40,814 bases of DNA, taken from NCBI GenBank assembly GCA_964472345.1, contig CAYYLB010000003.1:1-40814 (forward strand), written 5' to 3'. Origin of the DNA: an uncultured Methanosarcinales archaeon (GTDB lineage Archaea; Nanobdellota; Nanobdellia; Woesearchaeales; JAGLXL01). Below are positions 24,844-36,468 of this stretch, piece after piece. The position numbers were made by a program, and so were the translations under genes. Under the pieces are notes generated by a model. It saw only the letters and a program-made list of their open reading frames with translations. It was not told the DNA's origin and made no database searches. Numbering within the stretch: position 1 is the stretch's first letter; each line of letters opens with the position of its first letter.

Positions 24844-27297
24844 TCACCCGAAGAACGCGCCGAGCTTGCTCTGCCGGTGCGGGTTCACCGCTTCGATGAT
24901 GTCGACGCCGAGCACGGCGAAAATCCGGTCAACGGCGGGGATAATCTGGTTGTTGATGTAATACTCCGCATCGTACGGGCTGCCGGCCGCTTCCTCGGGC
25001 AGCCTCACGCGGTCGCGGACGAGCCCCTTTCCGCCCACCACCAGGAAGCGGATGATCGTGCCGGGCGCAGCGTCGATGCCGCGCTCCTGCATCCGCCGGG
25101 CAGCGGCGACATGCGGGCCGACGCTGTCATACGCATCGGTCGGCTTCCGCAGCTGCGTCGCGATCAGCACCTGCCCGCTCGGAACCGCATGGCTTCGGAG
25201 CTTCGCGATCGCCCCGCGCACGTAGTCGACGGCCTTCGCCGTGTCGCGCTCTTTCAGGATGATGCTGAGCACCTCTTCCTGCGCCTGCTTTGCGACGGGG
25301 CTCCAGTTCCTGCGCACGGTCTCAAACCCCTTGATGGTGATCGTGCCGCTGGGCGCGAGCAGCGCATACTTCTTCTTTGCGCCGGAGGCGCGCGCCTTGG
25401 CCGAGACGAAGACGCCTGCGGGATAAAATCCCTGGTACTCAAGCTCCATAAGCCCGGGAAGCGTGGCGTTGATCCGCTCAACGAAGCGCAGGGCATCGTC
25501 GGTGCTCTTCTCCCCGAGTGTCAGGAAGATGCTATCAGTGTCCGAGTAGATGACGGAAAAGCCATCGCGCTGCGCCTGCGCAATCACCTCCTGGATGTGG
25601 AACCTGCCCAATGCCGTGATGCTGCGCGCGCTCTCGAGATGATACCAGCGCGCAGGCGCGAACCCGAGGTAGCCGTAAAAGCTGTTTGCGAGCAGCTTCA
25701 GTGCGTCGGCGCGCGCCTCGAGCAGCGCATTCTTCCCTGGAGAGGCGCGGATCATCTCCTTGATGCGCATCCGGCGCGTGATGATCGTCTCAAGCACCGC
25801 GGGCAAAAAACCCTTGCGCTTCCTGCAGAACCAGAGCTTTTCCCCAGGGATGAGATCATGGCAGCACGAGCAGCACACGGTTCCCGGCGAAATGTTGTGG
25901 GAGGTGATGATCGTCGGGTACAGCGATCGGAAATCGAACACCACCACGCTCAGGTAAAGCCCTGGAGTCGGCTGGTACACAAACGCGCCTTCATAGGTCT
26001 GCGCGCGCCGCGCCGCGGCTTCCCGCGAGCCCGGGCGGTTGGGGATGAGCTGGTTGTACCGCAGCGCCTGAAACATGAGGTAGCCCTCCACGAGCCGTGA
26101 GAAGCTCATGCGGCTCACGTCAGACAACGGCGCGCCGACAAGCTTGGCAAGCTCTTCGATGTTGGGCAGGATCCTCTCGCAGAGCCGGTAGGTGAGGCGC
26201 GCATCGTGCAGGTTGTACTCGGCATACGGCCCGAGCTTCTCCGGCTGGGAGTCCCAGACGTGCGCGAGCTGATCAAGGTCAACGGCGTGCTTCCGCTCGC
26301 CAAGCAGCTCGTGTGCAACCGCATCCAGCGTGTGCGAATCAGTCTCGAGCGAACGGCCGAGCACCTGCCTGATGAATTTCAGCACATCAAGATGCACGAT
26401 CCCCGCGATCCTCGCCTCGGCGGCGCGCGTGTTCACGTTCAGCTCGGAATAGTCAAGCCCCAGATCAAGCCTGATGCGGTACTTCCGCGCCCGTGCGTCG
26501 AGATAGGGAAAGTCAAAGCCGTCCGAGTAATAGCCGGTGATGATGTCAGGCCTGAAGTGCTCAATGACTTCCTTGAAGCGCTGGAGCAATGCAAGCTCGC
26601 CATCGACAAATTCGATGAAGTCGTGTGCGGTGGGAAAGCGTTTCCAGGTGATCACCTTCCGGAACGGCGTGCCGGCGTCCATCCCATAGAGGGCGACCAT
26701 AAGGACGGGATCCTGCTGCGGCCGGATGCGGCGGTCGACGGTGTAGGTCTCGATGTCGATGGCAAGCAGCCGCAGATCGCTGACGCTGCCTTCCTCCACC
26801 GGCTCGAGCGCCTGCGCCTCAAAGACGGGAACCTTCACGTCCTGCCTCGGAAGGAACGCGCCGCTCACCGTAAGGCTCTGCAGCGGCACAATGCCCTTGT
26901 CGATCAGGTAGCGGCGCGCGAACAGGATATCATATTCAAAGCAGTCCTTGACATTGGGATTGTTCTGCAGCGCCGCGCGGATGATGGGGACGTGAGAGGG
27001 CAGCTTGGTGAATACCTTCAGCAGCTGCACCGGCTTGCCTGCGAGCTCGCGCTCCGCATGCTCGACAGCAGTCACTTCCGCGGTCAGGTTGCCGGACGGC
27101 ACGCGGAGCTTCTTCAGGAAATCGACGAGCTGGACGCTGCTGCCCTGAGACTGGACATAGAAGTAGGGGCGGAACGCCGGATCCGTGACGCAGATGCGCC
27201 TGCCGTCCGGTGCCTTGCAGAAGAGGTGGATGACCGCAGCCTCGTTGATGATGCGGTAGGTTACGTCCAGCGGATAGACGGTCAGCTGCTCGGTCAT
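24844..27297 (-). CDS. polB: Family B DNA polymerase
   Basis: Exonuclease motifs DIET, FDFPYL, YNLHD; polymerase motifs DFRSLYP, KLLANSFYGY, YSDTDS; C-terminal PIP box QSKLGAFF; TTTAAATA at 27320-27327; no intein. Confidence 0.95.
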   Translation of the reverse strand: MTEQLTVYPLDVTYRIINEAAVIHLFCKAPDGRRICVTDPAFRPYFYVQSQGSSVQLVDFLKKLRVPSGNLTAEVTAVEHAERELAGKPVQLLKVFTKLPSHVPIIRAALQNNPNVKDCFEYDILFARRYLIDKGIVPLQSLTVSGAFLPRQDVKVPVFEAQALEPVEEGSVSDLRLLAIDIETYTVDRRIRPQQDPVLMVALYGMDAGTPFRKVITWKRFPTAHDFIEFVDGELALLQRFKEVIEHFRPDIITGYYSDGFDFPYLDARARKYRIRLDLGLDYSELNVNTRAAEARIAGIVHLDVLKFIRQVLGRSLETDSHTLDAVAHELLGERKHAVDLDQLAHVWDSQPEKLGPYAEYNLHDARLTYRLCERILPNIEELAKLVGAPLSDVSRMSFSRLVEGYLMFQALRYNQLIPNRPGSREAAARRAQTYEGAFVYQPTPGLYLSVVVFDFRSLYPTIITSHNISPGTVCCSCCHDLIPGEKLWFCRKRKGFLPAVLETIITRRMRIKEMIRASPGKNALLEARADALKLLANSFYGYLGFAPARWYHLESARSITALGRFHIQEVIAQAQRDGFSVIYSDTDSIFLTLGEKSTDDALRFVERINATLPGLMELEYQGFYPAGVFVSAKARASGAKKKYALLAPSGTITIKGFETVRRNWSPVAKQAQEEVLSIILKERDTAKAVDYVRGAIAKLRSHAVPSGQVLIATQLRKPTDAYDSVGPHVAAARRMQERGIDAAPGTIIRFLVVGGKGLVRDRVRLPEEAAGSPYDAEYYINNQIIPAVDRIFAVLGVDIIEAVNPHRQSKLGAFFG

Positions 27298-27546
27298 GCG
27301 TTTTTCGGGGCTGGCGAGGTATTTAAAAGTGTTGCTCGGGAATGGGGGATTGGGGGTACTGCGTAATGCCCTGCTGAAGGCTGAATAGGACAGAATGCCA
27401 ATCGCGCCTCCGCCTGCGGCTCCGGCGCTGCTGGGGCGGCGGCAGAATGAAGGGCGCACTGCAACGGAGCGGCAGGGGTGCATCGCCGGACGGAGCGCGT
27501 GAGGATGGGAAAGTTTTTTATACCCTCGGAAGGTGTGCGCATGCGT

Positions 27547-27629
27547 GGGCCTGTGGTCTAACGGTATGACACCACATTGGCAAGCATCCAGACTTGTGGA
27601 GACTCCGGGTTCGATTCCCGGCGGGTCCA
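27547..27629 (+). tRNA. tRNA-Ala(GGC) with an 11-nt intron at 37/38 (27583-27593)
   Basis: Acceptor GGGCCTG/CGGGTCC with G3:U70, anticodon stem CCACA/TGTGG, T arm CCGGG-TTCGATT-CCCGG, central helix TTGG/CCAG; TATA at 27515-27522. Confidence 0.93.
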
Positions 27630-27734
27630 TAACTCCTAAGATGTGCTTCGTAATGGAAGCGTTGAGCGGTTCGGGAAGCACCGCGTGCGGCTCGTGCTTA
27701 CCAGGAACAATGCAACCCTGATTGCGGCGGGGAA

Positions 27735-27932
27735 GTGGTGGACAGAAAGCAACTCCACCAGGTGGCGGAACACTACCGGCACCTGAAGCGCTATAAGGCG
27801 AAGCTGTCGCGATGGGGCTACAGCCTGGGCGTGCGCATCCCCAAGGAGCTGGTGCAGCGCTACCGCCTGACGGAGGACAACACAGTGACGATCGTGCCGG
27901 AGAAGGGAGGGATGAAGATTGTGGCGAAGTGA
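27735..27932 (+). CDS. AbrB/MazE/SpoVT-family DNA-binding protein
   Basis: KLSRWGYSLGVRIPKE swapped-hairpin signature. Confidence 0.8.
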   Translation: MVDRKQLHQVAEHYRHLKRYKAKLSRWGYSLGVRIPKELVQRYRLTEDNTVTIVPEKGGMKIVAK

Positions 27933-28032
27933 CATGCAGCGGGTACGCCACTGACGCACCCTCACTCTCTCGTTGACTACTTCCTGCTCATCCGCAGAAA
28001 CCATTATAAACTTCCCCACCCTATGCTACCCC

Positions 28033-28218
28033 ATGGCAACGAACGACGTGCTGGCTCAGGTGGATGCTGTCCGCTACCTCGGCGAATGGGTGGTCATCTG
28101 CGAGGATCAGGTCGTTGCGCACCACCGCGACCTGACCAGGCTGCAGGATGCGATCGCCCGCTGCAGGCAGACGCCGACCATCGCGAAGATCCCGAAGGAG
28201 GACACGCTAATCTTCTGA
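28033..28218 (+). CDS. DUF5678-like small protein
   Basis: Y.GEWVVI....VVA pattern; TATA ATTATAAA at 28003-28010. Confidence 0.7.
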   Translation: MATNDVLAQVDAVRYLGEWVVICEDQVVAHHRDLTRLQDAIARCRQTPTIAKIPKEDTLIF

Positions 28219-28219
28219 G

Positions 28220-28660
28220 ATGGCCATCATCTTTCGGTATGCACATGTCCCCCGCCCTGACGGCACGCTGCGCGATGCTCCTTACATTCCCGTGCTTGTC
28301 CGCCACCGTTCCGGCCGGATGGTGCGTGTCCTTGCCCTTATCGACTCCGGCGCAGACACCACGGTCGTTCCCAAGGATCTCGCCCTCGCTCTTGGCCTCC
28401 ACGAGCGCTCTCCGCCTGAAGAGACCGGAGGGATAGGTGGGAAGGTGCCGGTACGCCGTGCGCAGCTCTCCATTCAGATCCACGGCGGGCGCGAGCGGCA
28501 TTCGCTCACTTTGCCTGTACTTGTTCTTCAGGACGAGAACGCTGACCTCCCGCTGCTTCTTGGACGGCACGGCTTCTTCGAGGAGTTCCACATCACCTTC
28601 AAGCAGGAGCAGCAGAAAATCATGCTCAAGAAGGTCACTCCGCTGAGATCGTACCGGTAG
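28220..28660 (+). CDS. Retropepsin-like single-domain aspartyl protease
   Basis: ALIDSGAD catalytic motif, GGIGG flap, LLLGR; starts 1 nt after the upstream stop. Confidence 0.85.
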   Translation: MAIIFRYAHVPRPDGTLRDAPYIPVLVRHRSGRMVRVLALIDSGADTTVVPKDLALALGLHERSPPEETGGIGGKVPVRRAQLSIQIHGGRERHSLTLPVLVLQDENADLPLLLGRHGFFEEFHITFKQEQQKIMLKKVTPLRSYR

Positions 28661-28681
28661 CCGCTGCTTCGATGGCCTCCC

Positions 28682-29701
28682 CTACCCAAAGGTAAGCCGA
28701 AGCTGCCGTTCCCGTCTGTAGCCGCCTGTGAGCAGCTCCCCCATCCCATCAGGAATGTAGGCCGCTTCAACACGGTTCCGGCCGGAATCCTTTGCAGCAT
28801 ACAGCCTTGCATCTGCGATTTTCAGTACTATGCTTGGATCGTACCGCGCAGGTTTCGTGATCGAGGAGGTGTGGACGACGCCGACGGATACCGTAACAGG
28901 TTTGGGAAGCTTTGTTTCGTCCGATGGGTCCATATCCTCCCCTGATTTTCTTTCGATATAGCTTCTGAGGTCCTCCGCGATACGTTCTGCATTCACCTTG
29001 TCGCATCCCTGCAGGACAATGACGAACTCCTCCCCTCCTGTCCGGCCGAGGCGTGAAACAATGTCTGTTCTGCGCCGGACGCACTCCCGGATGTATCCCG
29101 CGACGTGCTGCAGGACGACATCCCCGCGTGCGTGGCCATACCCATCATTATATCTCTTAAAGTAGTCTATATCCATCGCGATGACTCCCATGCCCTTCGA
29201 GCCCCCATTAAAATGCTCTTCGCGCTTCAATCTCTCAATGTCGTGGGCAAGGAGTGTCTCAAGCGTCGCCTTGTTCGTGAGCCCGGTGAGGCCATCTCGC
29301 TGGACACCCATTTCGTAACGAACCGCCCAAGGCAAAACAATGCAGGCTTTATCAAGAACATCTTGGAGCCTTGCGCGCTCACCATAAGGTAGCTCGGAAG
29401 GATTCCTCCAAAATCTTATAGTGATACTCGGGCAAATGGATAGATCAAACGCTTCAGAATATCCGCAAGAGGGCCCATAAACCTCTGGAGGCTCATCGCC
29501 CGGTGCCACGATGACCTGAACAGGGGCCTGCAGTATCACCTCCAGGACGCGCGCTAAGGCTTCTGCCTTCTCGCTGATGACAAAAGGCCCTTCTGGCACC
29601 CGCACAAGATCGGCAAAGGCACCGTTCTGGGGCAGAGCCAGGCCCGCTTCTCCGGGCATTATCCGGCGTACGCAGCCCTCCAAGGCACTATCTGTTACCA
29701 T
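28682..29701 (-). CDS. GGDEF-domain diguanylate cyclase-like protein
   Basis: DGLTGL.N, DIDYFK.YND.YGH..GD, RRTD, GGEEF, VTVSVG, AD..LYAAK..GRN; start chosen from TTTATAAA at 29724-29731. Confidence 0.88.
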   Translation of the reverse strand: MVTDSALEGCVRRIMPGEAGLALPQNGAFADLVRVPEGPFVISEKAEALARVLEVILQAPVQVIVAPGDEPPEVYGPSCGYSEAFDLSICPSITIRFWRNPSELPYGERARLQDVLDKACIVLPWAVRYEMGVQRDGLTGLTNKATLETLLAHDIERLKREEHFNGGSKGMGVIAMDIDYFKRYNDGYGHARGDVVLQHVAGYIRECVRRRTDIVSRLGRTGGEEFVIVLQGCDKVNAERIAEDLRSYIERKSGEDMDPSDETKLPKPVTVSVGVVHTSSITKPARYDPSIVLKIADARLYAAKDSGRNRVEAAYIPDGMGELLTGGYRRERQLRLTFG

Positions 29702-29803
29702 CAATAAGTCGTACCTAACTCTATTTATAAATCTTTCTTTTTTAACCACTACTAGGTAGTCATGCACATCACATTTAAATAGAAGCACTGCGTTTCGCCC
29801 ACG

Positions 29804-30283
29804 ATGGCGCGGAACATTTACGAGCGGCTGGACCCCAACACTCATCAATGGGAACAGGATGGCATTGAAACGCTGCTCCAGAAGTATTCCGGCGGCATCC
29901 TGCTGGCACAGACTGTTCCGACAGGGGGCACGCACATCACCTATATCACCCATTTTATCCGGCTGCCGGAAACGGCCGCAGAAAAGCTGTATGAGGCGAT
30001 CGCTGCGTGGCGCTGCTCATTACCACATTCCCTGGATCGTGGAACGGACTCTCCTGACCGGACGCATTCTTCTGCATCTGTCCCCCTTCCGGCAGACGGA
30101 CGCACGTACGAAGCAGTCTACACGCCACAGAGCCTGACGATTGGCGTTTCCGGCAGGGGGCGGTGCGGCGGAATCATGACATTCTCCGCTGCAGAGGCTG
30201 ATCACCTGTACCGCTTTCTCAGCAGGGCATTTCCAAGCGATGCGTTCGAGGCGGACGAAACAGAACAGGAGTCACATCGGTGA
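29804..30283 (+). CDS. Hypothetical protein
   Basis: ATG 22 nt after TTTAAATA (29774-29781); divergent from the GGDEF gene. Confidence 0.6.
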   Translation: MARNIYERLDPNTHQWEQDGIETLLQKYSGGILLAQTVPTGGTHITYITHFIRLPETAAEKLYEAIAAWRCSLPHSLDRGTDSPDRTHSSASVPLPADGRTYEAVYTPQSLTIGVSGRGRCGGIMTFSAAEADHLYRFLSRAFPSDAFEADETEQESHR

Positions 30284-30293
30284 CCGAAACGGG

Positions 30294-30914
30294 CTAAGCT
30301 TTCGCCTTCACCCGTTTCAGCCGGAAGATGTTCTCGCGCTCCAGCTCCTCGAGACGTAGCTTGATGAATTTCTTCAAGGATTCCAGCCGGGGGATGACGC
30401 TGAACTCGAGCGCATTGACGCGGCGCTTGGTCTTCTCGATTTCGGCAAGCAGGCGCTTGAGCGTCGTCTCGACCTCCGCCACCTTGATGATCTCATCGAC
30501 GAGCTGCTCGTATGCCGCAATGGCCTCGTCGATGACCGCGGTGCTTCCCGCGATGCCGAGGCGGCGCTGCTCGAGCGTTTTCTTCACGGGAGAGCTCTCG
30601 ATCTTCGGGACGCGCACGCCCATGATGTTCCTGGTCTCGAGGTCAATGCCCGGCACCTGCTGGATCGCGAAGGCGAGCGAGCGCAGGCGCACGTCGGTGG
30701 CAAGCGTCCGCGCAACCGCAAGCTTCTGCTGCGCCTGCCGGTGGCGCTGCGCGAGGCCGCTGCGGAGGCTTCTCGCGCCCTTCAGGACCTCAAAGAACTC
30801 GAGGATAAGGCCGTCCCGCTTCTTCTTGAGGAGCGAGTGGCCCGATTTCGCGAGCTTGATCTGCTTGTTGAGCCTGAGCAGCTCGGAGCGGGTTGGCTTG
30901 ACGTCGAGGCTCAT
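30294..30914 (-). CDS. atpD: A-type ATP synthase subunit D
   Basis: PTRSEL, GH.LLKKKRD, T.RRVNALE. Confidence 0.95.
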   Translation of the reverse strand: MSLDVKPTRSELLRLNKQIKLAKSGHSLLKKKRDGLILEFFEVLKGARSLRSGLAQRHRQAQQKLAVARTLATDVRLRSLAFAIQQVPGIDLETRNIMGVRVPKIESSPVKKTLEQRRLGIAGSTAVIDEAIAAYEQLVDEIIKVAEVETTLKRLLAEIEKTKRRVNALEFSVIPRLESLKKFIKLRLEELERENIFRLKRVKAKA

Positions 30915-30966
30915 AATCCATCAGCGGTGACGGGCACGGGCAGCGTCGGCTCGCGCACCCCGCATA

Positions 30967-32336
<1,370 letters not shown>

Positions 32337-32340
<4 letters not shown>

Positions 32341-34136
32341 TTCCGCTCACCCCCCTGCCTGCCCTCAGGAGCGGGCGATCCGCCCCCGGCCCCCCGCACG
32401 AGCCTCTCGAACTCGCCTTCCATCTCCTGCTGGACCTCGCCGAGCAGCCGCTCGAACTCCCTTTCGAACTTTGCCTCGCCTATCCTGTCTTTTGACTTAA
32501 TGTCGAGCAGCGGCCTGATGCGCGCCCCCTGCGCGAGGGCCTGCTCGGCAAGATCGGCGTAGCGCAGCACGGCCTTGATCATCAGGTAGCTTTTCTTTGG
32601 CGGGGAGAATGTATCAACCTCATGGAATGCGTTTTGCTGCAGCAGGAACTCCCGGATCATCCGGCTGACTTCCAGCACGAGCTGCTGTTTTTCCGGCAGC
32701 GCGTCGCTCCCCACGAGCTGCACGATCTCAAGCAGCTTCTCCTCTTCCTGCAGGTAGCCCATCAGGCGGTTGACGAGCAGGCGCCACTCGCCGGCGACGT
32801 GCTTCGCGAACCACGGCTCAAGCGCATCAAGGTAGAGCGAGTAGCTCGTGAGCCAGTTGATGCTCGGGAAGTGGCGGCGCTGCGCAAGCCTGGCGTCGAG
32901 CGCCCAAAATGTCTTTGTCACGCGGAGCGTGTTCTGCGTCACCGGTTCGGAGAAATCGCCGCCGGGAGGGGAGACGGCGCCGATGATGGTGAGCGAGCCG
33001 GCGCTGCCGTTATGGTTTGTCGTCGGGCCTGCACGCTCATAAAACTCGGCAAGGCGCGTCGCGAGATAGGCGGGATATCCCTCTTCGCCCGGCATCTCCT
33101 CGAGGCGTGAGGAGATCTCGCGCATGGCCTCAGCCCAGCGCGAGGTGCTGTCCGCCATGAGCGCAACGTTGTAGCCCATGTCACGGAAATATTCCGCAAT
33201 CGTCACGCCGGTGTAGACGCTGGCCTCGCGCGCAGCGACGGGCATGTTGCTCGTGTTCGCGATGAGCACGGTGCGGTTCATCAGCGGCAGGTCGGTGCGC
33301 GGGTCTTTCAGCTCGGGGAACTCCGTCAGGACCTCGGTCATCTCGTTGCCGCGCTCACCGCAGCCGACGTAGACGATCACGTCAGCGTCGCACCATTTGG
33401 CGAGCTGCTGCTGGGAAACGGTCTTGCCGGCGCCAAAGGGACCGGGGATGGCCGCGGTGCCGCCCTTGGCAAGCGGGAAGAGCACGTCAAACACGCGCTG
33501 TCCGGTGACAAGCGGGGTGTCGGGGGCCCGCTTTTCCTTGGCGCTGCGGGGCTTGCGCACCGGCCAGCGCTGCAGCATCGCGATCGTGCGGCCGTCGCCG
33601 AGCGTGCAGATTGTCTCTTCGACGGTAAAATCGCCTGAAGCGATGTCCCTGACGGCTCCGGACATGCCTGCGGGGACAAGGATGCGGTGGATGAAGCCCT
33701 TGGTTTCCTCGACTTCACCAAGGATGCTTCCGGCGGAAACCGGTTCGCCTTTCTTCGCCGTTGCCTTGAAATGCCATTTTTTCTTGCGGTCCAGGCCCGG
33801 TGCGTCAACGCCGCGTGAAATGAAGTCGCCCATCTGCTTGCGCAGCACGGACAGCGGGCGCTGGATGCCGTCGTAGATGGAGGTGAGCAGGCCGGGGCCG
33901 AGCTCGACCGAGAGCTGCTCGCCGGTGTTCTCCACAGGCTCTCCTGGCCTGATGCCGGACGTGTCTTCATAGACCTGGATGGTGGCCAGATCGCCGTCGA
34001 TGCGGATGACTTCGCCCATGAGGCGCTCCTTTCCGACACGGACAACGTCATACATGCGCGCGGCCATGCCCTTGGCGACGGCGGCGGGGCCTGCGACGCG
34101 GTAAATCACACCTTGACTTTTCAGGGTTATCTTCAT
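32337..34136 (-). CDS. atpA: A-type ATP synthase subunit A (no intein)
   Basis: Walker [40 protein letters not shown]. Confidence 0.97.
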
Positions 34137-34145
34137 CGGTATCAC

Positions 34146-34448
34146 CTATTGTTCATGCTCCTCCCGAAGCAGGTCCACCCCAATCGAGCGGATGATCATC
34201 CTGCGCAGCCCTTCCTGGGGCTGCTCGGACAGGACGACGACAACGGGCTTGATCGAGGTGAGCACATCCTCCTTGCGGCTCTCGCTGAGGCGGTCGAAGG
34301 CCTGCTGGCTCATGATGGCGATGCCGACGCGCTCATCACGCATCACGGTGAGCAGATCGCTCTCGCTGCGGTACGTGCGGGCATTCCGGATCCCGGCCAG
34401 GCGAAAGCCGAGGTTGAATGCATCGTCCCCGATGACGGCGAGTTCCAT
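34146..34448 (-). CDS. atpF: A-type ATP synthase subunit F
   Basis: AVIGD....GFRLAG, IGVDL. Confidence 0.92.
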   Translation of the reverse strand: MELAVIGDDAFNLGFRLAGIRNARTYRSESDLLTVMRDERVGIAIMSQQAFDRLSESRKEDVLTSIKPVVVVLSEQPQEGLRRMIIRSIGVDLLREEHEQ

Positions 34449-34559
34449 GGTTGTCCTTTCTCGTGTTTCCTTTCGTGTGGCTGCGCTTTCCTGCGCGCTT
34501 GCCCCTGTTTTCCCTGCACAGGTTTTTTCCTTTTTTCTTTCGCCGCTGCAGTCACTGCG

Positions 34560-35567
34560 TCATGCGGCGACGATCAGCTTGTGCAGCAGCGGCTCCGCGA
34601 GCCCGAGCTGCTTGCCCTTGAGCAGCACTTTCAGGTTGCGGACCTCAATCTCTTTCGCGAACAGGAAGCCGAGGATGACGTTGACCGTCAGCGGATGCTG
34701 GTGCATGAGGCGCGATTCTTTCCGCAGCAGCGCAGCATCAAGATCGATCTCGAGCTGCGTGAGCAGATCCTCCTCCGCAGCCGCCTCGTCGCCGGTGAGG
34801 GCGGTGAAGCCGCTCTTGTGCAATGCGCCGATCAGCTCCCGCGTGCCCTTGGCATTGAGGAATGCCGTGATGCGGGAAGACGGCTCGATCAGGAACCGGT
34901 TGATGCCGGATGCCGGCTGCTCGCGCCGCAGGCGCAGGATGATCCTGATGTTGAGGATGTCCTGCTCGGCGCGGAGGAACTGCTTCAGCAGCGAGCCCTG
35001 CCCCGCGAGCCGCTCTGCAAGGGCGGAAAGCCCGTTTGCATACCAGCGGTCAATGGCATTCTCGAGCGCAAAGAGGTCGCGTGTTTTTGGCAGGAGTGGG
35101 GGGAGCCCGCCGGGAAGCGCCGCAACGAGCTTGTCCGCATCGAGGCTGAGCAGATGCTCGTAATACGCCGATGAGTAATTGATGGAGGGGATGAGCAGGG
35201 GAGCGACTTCCTCGCGGGGGATGCCGCTCAGGGCGCCGCGCAGGAGCGTCTTGAAATTCTCGGCATCATAGCGCTGCACATACATTTCAAGCACACCGCG
35301 GAGCTTCTCATCAACGATGCGCCTAAGCTTGGCGAGCGTGCGGAACAGGTTGCGGTTCAGCGCGAGCTCGAGCGCGAGCAGCTCGCGCGTTTCGGGGAGC
35401 TCATCAATCTCCTGCTTGTAGGCGGTGGTGTCCTGCAGGTAGCGCAGCGCCTCGTGCGGGCCCATCTTGAGCAGGCCCTGCCACTGCACGGGCGAGAGCA
35501 GCTCGCCTTTCATGACGCTGACACGCGCATAGGCGTACGGGTACAGCCCGAGCCGCAGCTTACGCAT
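34560..35567 (-). CDS. atpC: A-type ATP synthase subunit C
   Basis: YPYAYARV..MKGELL, YD.EN.KTLLRG, KEIEVRNL; operon position. Confidence 0.9.
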   Translation of the reverse strand: MRKLRLGLYPYAYARVSVMKGELLSPVQWQGLLKMGPHEALRYLQDTTAYKQEIDELPETRELLALELALNRNLFRTLAKLRRIVDEKLRGVLEMYVQRYDAENFKTLLRGALSGIPREEVAPLLIPSINYSSAYYEHLLSLDADKLVAALPGGLPPLLPKTRDLFALENAIDRWYANGLSALAERLAGQGSLLKQFLRAEQDILNIRIILRLRREQPASGINRFLIEPSSRITAFLNAKGTRELIGALHKSGFTALTGDEAAAEEDLLTQLEIDLDAALLRKESRLMHQHPLTVNVILGFLFAKEIEVRNLKVLLKGKQLGLAEPLLHKLIVAA

Positions 35568-36180
35568 GGAACAGCACCTCGCCCAGCTGCTGCAGCTCCG
35601 CTTCCTTGATCTGGGCGAGCAGCTCATCGACGCTGAGGTTGACGCTCACGCTGCCGTCGGCGTTCTCTGCGACCACGCCGGAGGAAATGCCGTGCTCCTT
35701 GATGGTAATCCGCTTGTTTCTTGCCGCATGGCTCATAGTGTCTTTGTCTTTGAGGGCATCTCTTTGCATTCCTTTGATGGCATCGTTCACGGCAGCACGG
35801 TCGCGCGCATTGACGAGCACGCGCCTGACGTCGATCTCCTGCGCTGCGCGCGCGAGCAGCGTTGCGAGAAGCGCCCTGCGCTCTGCGGCGGGAAGGTGCT
35901 CGAGCTGCTGCTTCGCTTCCTGCACCGCGCGCTCGATCAGCGCCTTCTTGGTGTCGAGCAGCCTGCGCCTCCCCTCAAACTCCGCTGCGGCGAGCGCCTT
36001 GCGCCGCGCCGCAGCGATGAGCTGCTCGGCCTTTGCGCGGAGCTCGCGCTCATAGGAAGCAGCATCGTGCGTTGCGGCTTCAGCGATGCGCGCCGCTTCC
36101 TGCTCTGCCTCGCTGCGCAGCTCTTCGGCGCGCTGCCTGGCATCTGCGAGAATCGCCGCGGTGACGTCACGGAGTGCCAT
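35560..36180 (-). CDS. atpE: A-type ATP synthase subunit E
   Basis: Long coiled coil followed by GVVAENADGSVSVNLS; operon position. Confidence 0.88.
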   Translation of the reverse strand: MALRDVTAAILADARQRAEELRSEAEQEAARIAEAATHDAASYERELRAKAEQLIAAARRKALAAAEFEGRRRLLDTKKALIERAVQEAKQQLEHLPAAERRALLATLLARAAQEIDVRRVLVNARDRAAVNDAIKGMQRDALKDKDTMSHAARNKRITIKEHGISSGVVAENADGSVSVNLSVDELLAQIKEAELQQLGEVLFHA

Positions 36181-36237
36181 GGTTCTTTTACGTTCTTCTG
36201 CCGTTCCTCCTGCCGGCTGCCCATTCCCCCGCCATGG

Positions 36238-36465
36238 TTATCCTGCCAATCCGATGATGAGGATGGCAACGACAAGCCCGAAGATCACGATGGTTTCGGG
36301 AATGACGGTAAGGATCAGCCCCTTGCCGAACAGCTGCTCTTTCTCGGCAAATGCGCCGACGGCAGCGGTCCCGATACGCGCCTCCGCCCATGCGCTTGCA
36401 ATGGCGGCTGCGCCGATCGCGACCGCCGCGGCAAGCCCGATCAACCCTGTTTCGATTCCTGCCAT
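36238..36465 (-). CDS. atpK: A-type ATP synthase subunit K (c), single hairpin
   Basis: Two transmembrane helices; ion-binding glutamate in IPETIVIFG. Confidence 0.93.
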   Translation of the reverse strand: MAGIETGLIGLAAAVAIGAAAIASAWAEARIGTAAVGAFAEKEQLFGKGLILTVIPETIVIFGLVVAILIIGLAG

Positions 36466-36468
36466 AGA

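Noticed and set aside
27298..27951. N-terminal extension of PolB in the 1035-aa ORF call
   Set aside because: It crosses tRNA-Ala and the AbrB gene antisense; PolB homology and a TATA box place the start at 27297.
27630..30290. tRNA-Ala-anchored integrative element
   Set aside because: No integrase and no duplicated tRNA 3' end seen; only a variable gene cluster can be supported.
34343..34555. Lys-rich 70-aa ORF between atpC and atpF
   Set aside because: Runs out of frame deep into atpF and reflects an A-rich spacer; no support as a gene.
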